Of a stretch of 64,000 nt of DNA, positions 63,501 to 64,000 are shown piece by piece. A program made the position numbers and the translations under genes. The notes beneath the pieces are model-generated. The model made no database searches, was not told the origin of the DNA, and saw only the letters and a program-made list of their open reading frames with translations. Source of the DNA: Paragordius varius (taxonomy: Eukaryota; Animalia; Nematomorpha); the NCBI GenBank assembly GCA_964247055.1, contig OZ176055.1:6944001-7008000 (forward strand), written 5' to 3'. Position 1 is the stretch's first letter. Every line of letters starts with the position of its first letter.

Positions 63501-63982
63501 CAGCGAATGTTGAGAGGCGAAATCTCAAACTCCTCTAGTAACAACTCACTTTACAGGTAAATATTTTCGCAATAATATAAAAAGTAAAAGACATATATAT
63601 TTTTTTCATAATAAAACCATATTTTTTAAAACCTGATTTTATGTAACCTATCGTTTTGGGTTGCGAAATAAGGAATGGAAATGTAAAATGGTTATACACT
63701 CATTTCATATTAAATAATAGTGATTTTAATGATCGGAAAATGTGAATTTTTTAAAAAATAAATAGTTCTTTATATGTTTTATCATTATAAGTTTAAATAT
63801 AGCTGTAAAAGTCCCACTTTTTAAGTATGAAATATCATCTTATATTTTTTTAATTTTTATAAAATAAATTAATTTAGATCTCAAAAGAATGTTCCCAGTT
63901 CTGCATCGGGTCTATCAACCATAAGGGGTACTGCCAAAAGCACAGTTAAAAAATTTCAAAATATGTCCTTGGAAGATATTGC
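36834..63982 (+). CDS. CLASP1: CLIP-associating protein (CLASP/Orbit/MAST), 5' part: TOG1, linker, TOG2; continues beyond the window
   Basis: Exons 36834-37016, 37091-37169, 37228-37271, 37301-37363, 37698-37789, 39048-39123, 39514-39614, 41659-41726, 57957-58075, 58669-58867, 59411-59620, (60245-60274), 60482-60546, 60793-60885, 61319-61479, 61884-62019, 62316-62389, 62871-63008, 63428-63556, 63878-63982; phases consistent. Motifs KLGDQKEQVRD, YQHVGERFK, GAMDEESFYESFEDVP, DLRSQIVREVCIT, GLQDADAEAR, YWGF. The symbol denotes a CLASP1/2 co-ortholog. Linker exons rest on phase rather than homology. Confidence 0.92.
38590..38900. mobile_element. foldback MITE family B copy (CLASP intron)
   Basis: aattatatggacaaaac...aaagacaaat inverted against atttgtcttt...tttgtctgtataatt; related copies at ~42310-42590, ~25040-25290 and partial ~39370-39500. 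Confidence 0.55.
39854..40147. mobile_element. hAT(Charlie)-like MITE with internal (TA)n
   Basis: TIRs cagggatgtttaac / gttggacacccctg; flanks atttaaat / atttaagc (6 of 8 match). Confidence 0.65.
42310..42590. mobile_element. foldback MITE family B copy
   Basis: attatacggacaaaacgtaaaa...acaaccatactttt inverted against aaaagtatggttgt...tttacggtttgtccgtataat. Confidence 0.6.
45967..46264. mobile_element. MITE family A copy
   Basis: TA|ccatttacaattcaaattcac ... gtgaatttgaactataaatgg|TA with ~20-bp subterminal repeats. Confidence 0.75.
48515..48567. repeat. (TA)n microsatellite
   Basis: Long TA run; similar runs near 18590, 25470, 40080, 40650 and 47935. Confidence 0.9.
48802..49066. mobile_element. 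MITE family A copy
   Basis: ccgtttacaattcaaattacccc ... gggtgaatttaaacttgg, TA-flanked. Confidence 0.7.
51548..51572. repeat. (CA)n microsatellite
   Basis: About 12 CA units, ~1.2 kb upstream of the large intronic ORF. Confidence 0.9.
52726..56409 (+). CDS. 1227-aa Asn/Ser-rich, probably disordered ORF inside CLASP intron 8 (nested gene or giant alternative CLASP exon)
   Basis: 3.68 kb without a stop in very AT-rich DNA; visibly higher GC than its flanks; ATG directly after an in-frame TGA; no globular domain recognised; motifs GILK, KSVRF, SRIP, YITIPVQ, VSDRIKKFE. Confidence 0.8.
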   Translation: MFMDHHTTFNVVNNVHKFSNENSVNNDNYYYNNNILEKGGRNDLNYLVINHSKDNGNGNGIANFNNSIDSNKVESKKINYFDSSPFKLHLPNSSNDKNFVKQKNLTTNNNAENENKLCTSDSNYFSLRGTGKNNNHNFSNTPLAETNNLKHESKFDFINTNFKTTHQNNKYDWKESNFYCSSDNEDEIEEVTYIPITVLPRQKDLRDCENTPQNSLLQNTPKTVSNSYERENYKHSVNNISNNSYISPGGKVIGIVEPMPHIINNNTNKSYSNSTENFEQNQILSINKDKMQQVKPNVNAKVNKNLADTKRCFNSTHIINDIKDGSLNNTNTTKNSIKSNKNMNGFTRSVEDDRYFKSNLKGFSCSTNTPPSPRRRMSISATGPSNTKCNFNNISCSKKFPETLDDLLAFRQMRHHRYPSNSNPNIQQQQQTLLQNSKYNINNIVDHSMSDGEDKHVGQEYITIPVQYIDTSTQFPKMLTQPLKKTFHRFLGNLKEMGNDFINHNTNAPNGKIGNVGGSIINHRKNNNPFSNTTNLSDTSPLTQISTPTSMNHKNSNNLSGEDFTALIAKIRSLCKTEDNLASVNGNHTTKNVFGLDPGPNPFMNGCSPVTNNVPLSQKYCKEDTNNFNNISLSRIPVNSTNYNYYKDNFGFNDEMLIANSHGDNHHSSRLKKQMMDVNTPSPPLSVSDRIKKFETRLGSLSNNNKANHHNNNDKSSSVFSVPTSPINAEHNSSNFLKNDTGYNYNCYSLDKRPGIKKSLTPMKFGLKRSASFLTQHLNKNDDKVIRPNFLPSENVKTEKNEMNSMTKHNLSKPIVNAKTKELKGILKNNHDTFIKNPYNGSLLLSKSHSNSVSALNASEFYDEHSFKNQNSLGSTFLSSPRNPRFRNFNTNIDHTNWCHRDLNDSPILYKQHIVIPANSHISVPNNQPCYYKQPIINTSNWANQKHYYANNLETVQSENDAYQDISMINNDIYYPISTNINNQNAKDTVTAYTLKPERFGINETLGSNAPINETVVTSTADRLEQGGIKVGPKKLGKSVRFSNFVSQQYIPVTTVSPSNSPTESNMPLSPKIGVRQPYNRSPSQNGSTVETNKNPISTDTSIDNLIIIPRPKLSAYLNAARLQQNITTNGIKHEKTTLTNQSSSNPSNYSNHNQLNPKLETKNVCTSSFNNITCNYIINNCNDKIQNGKDMPRHDTQRNNAIDQNEINMKMINNNNNGCIIKSTLF
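58405..58637. mobile_element. MITE family A copy (decayed)
   Basis: ttgaacattttgaattcacccc ... tagggtgaatttt; boundaries approximate. Confidence 0.5.
60949..61330 (+). repeat. five decayed copies of the CLASP acceptor/exon-start motif aaagatgcgaaaaatt
   Basis: Copies near 60953, 61040, 61181, 61248 and the functional one at 61315; the last three have a ~67-bp period. Confidence 0.7.
62603..62849. mobile_element. MITE family A copy
   Basis: catttacaattcaaattcacccttgaa (three subterminal units) ... ggtgaatttgaactgtaaatgg|TA; ends 21 nt before the acceptor at 62870. Confidence 0.75.
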
Positions 63983-64000
63983 GTATGATTGCATTTTATT

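Noticed and set aside
1-64000. tRNA, rRNA, snRNA or spliced-leader genes
   Set aside because: No cloverleaf, rRNA or SL motifs seen by eye; tRNAscan-SE or Infernal would be needed to exclude them properly.

Overview
AT-rich, intron-rich animal genomic DNA (species not identifiable from the sequence alone). Three conserved + strand genes: SNW1/SKIP/Prp45 (1309-8248, 14 exons), a MacroD-type ADP-ribosylhydrolase (23430-25739, 4 exons) and the 5' part of CLASP (36834 to beyond the window end). The 16.2-kb CLASP intron between TOG1 and TOG2 holds a same-strand 1227-codon Asn/Ser-rich ORF with PP1-, EB1- and IPV-type short motifs, possibly a giant alternative CLASP exon. Intergenic DNA contains two nested transposon complexes. 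(1) A TA-flanked foldback element with ~2-kb arms (9032-18311); its right arm carries a non-autonomous Helitron and a full-length decayed RTE LINE, and its centre holds a candidate small secreted-protein gene plus a broken head-to-head copy. (2) A hAT-like element (28848-34893) containing an intact, very young Mag-like Ty3/gypsy retrotransposon. Several MITE/palindrome families are also present. The most striking signal is splicing: frame-obligatory GT-AG introns of only 24, 25 and 29 nt (plus 22-or-34 nt and 30 nt candidates) sit near gene 5' ends alongside kb-scale introns, and donor sites are strongly degenerate (+5G in 8 of 36). All gene models were built by hand from recalled homology and reading frame, not from transcripts.
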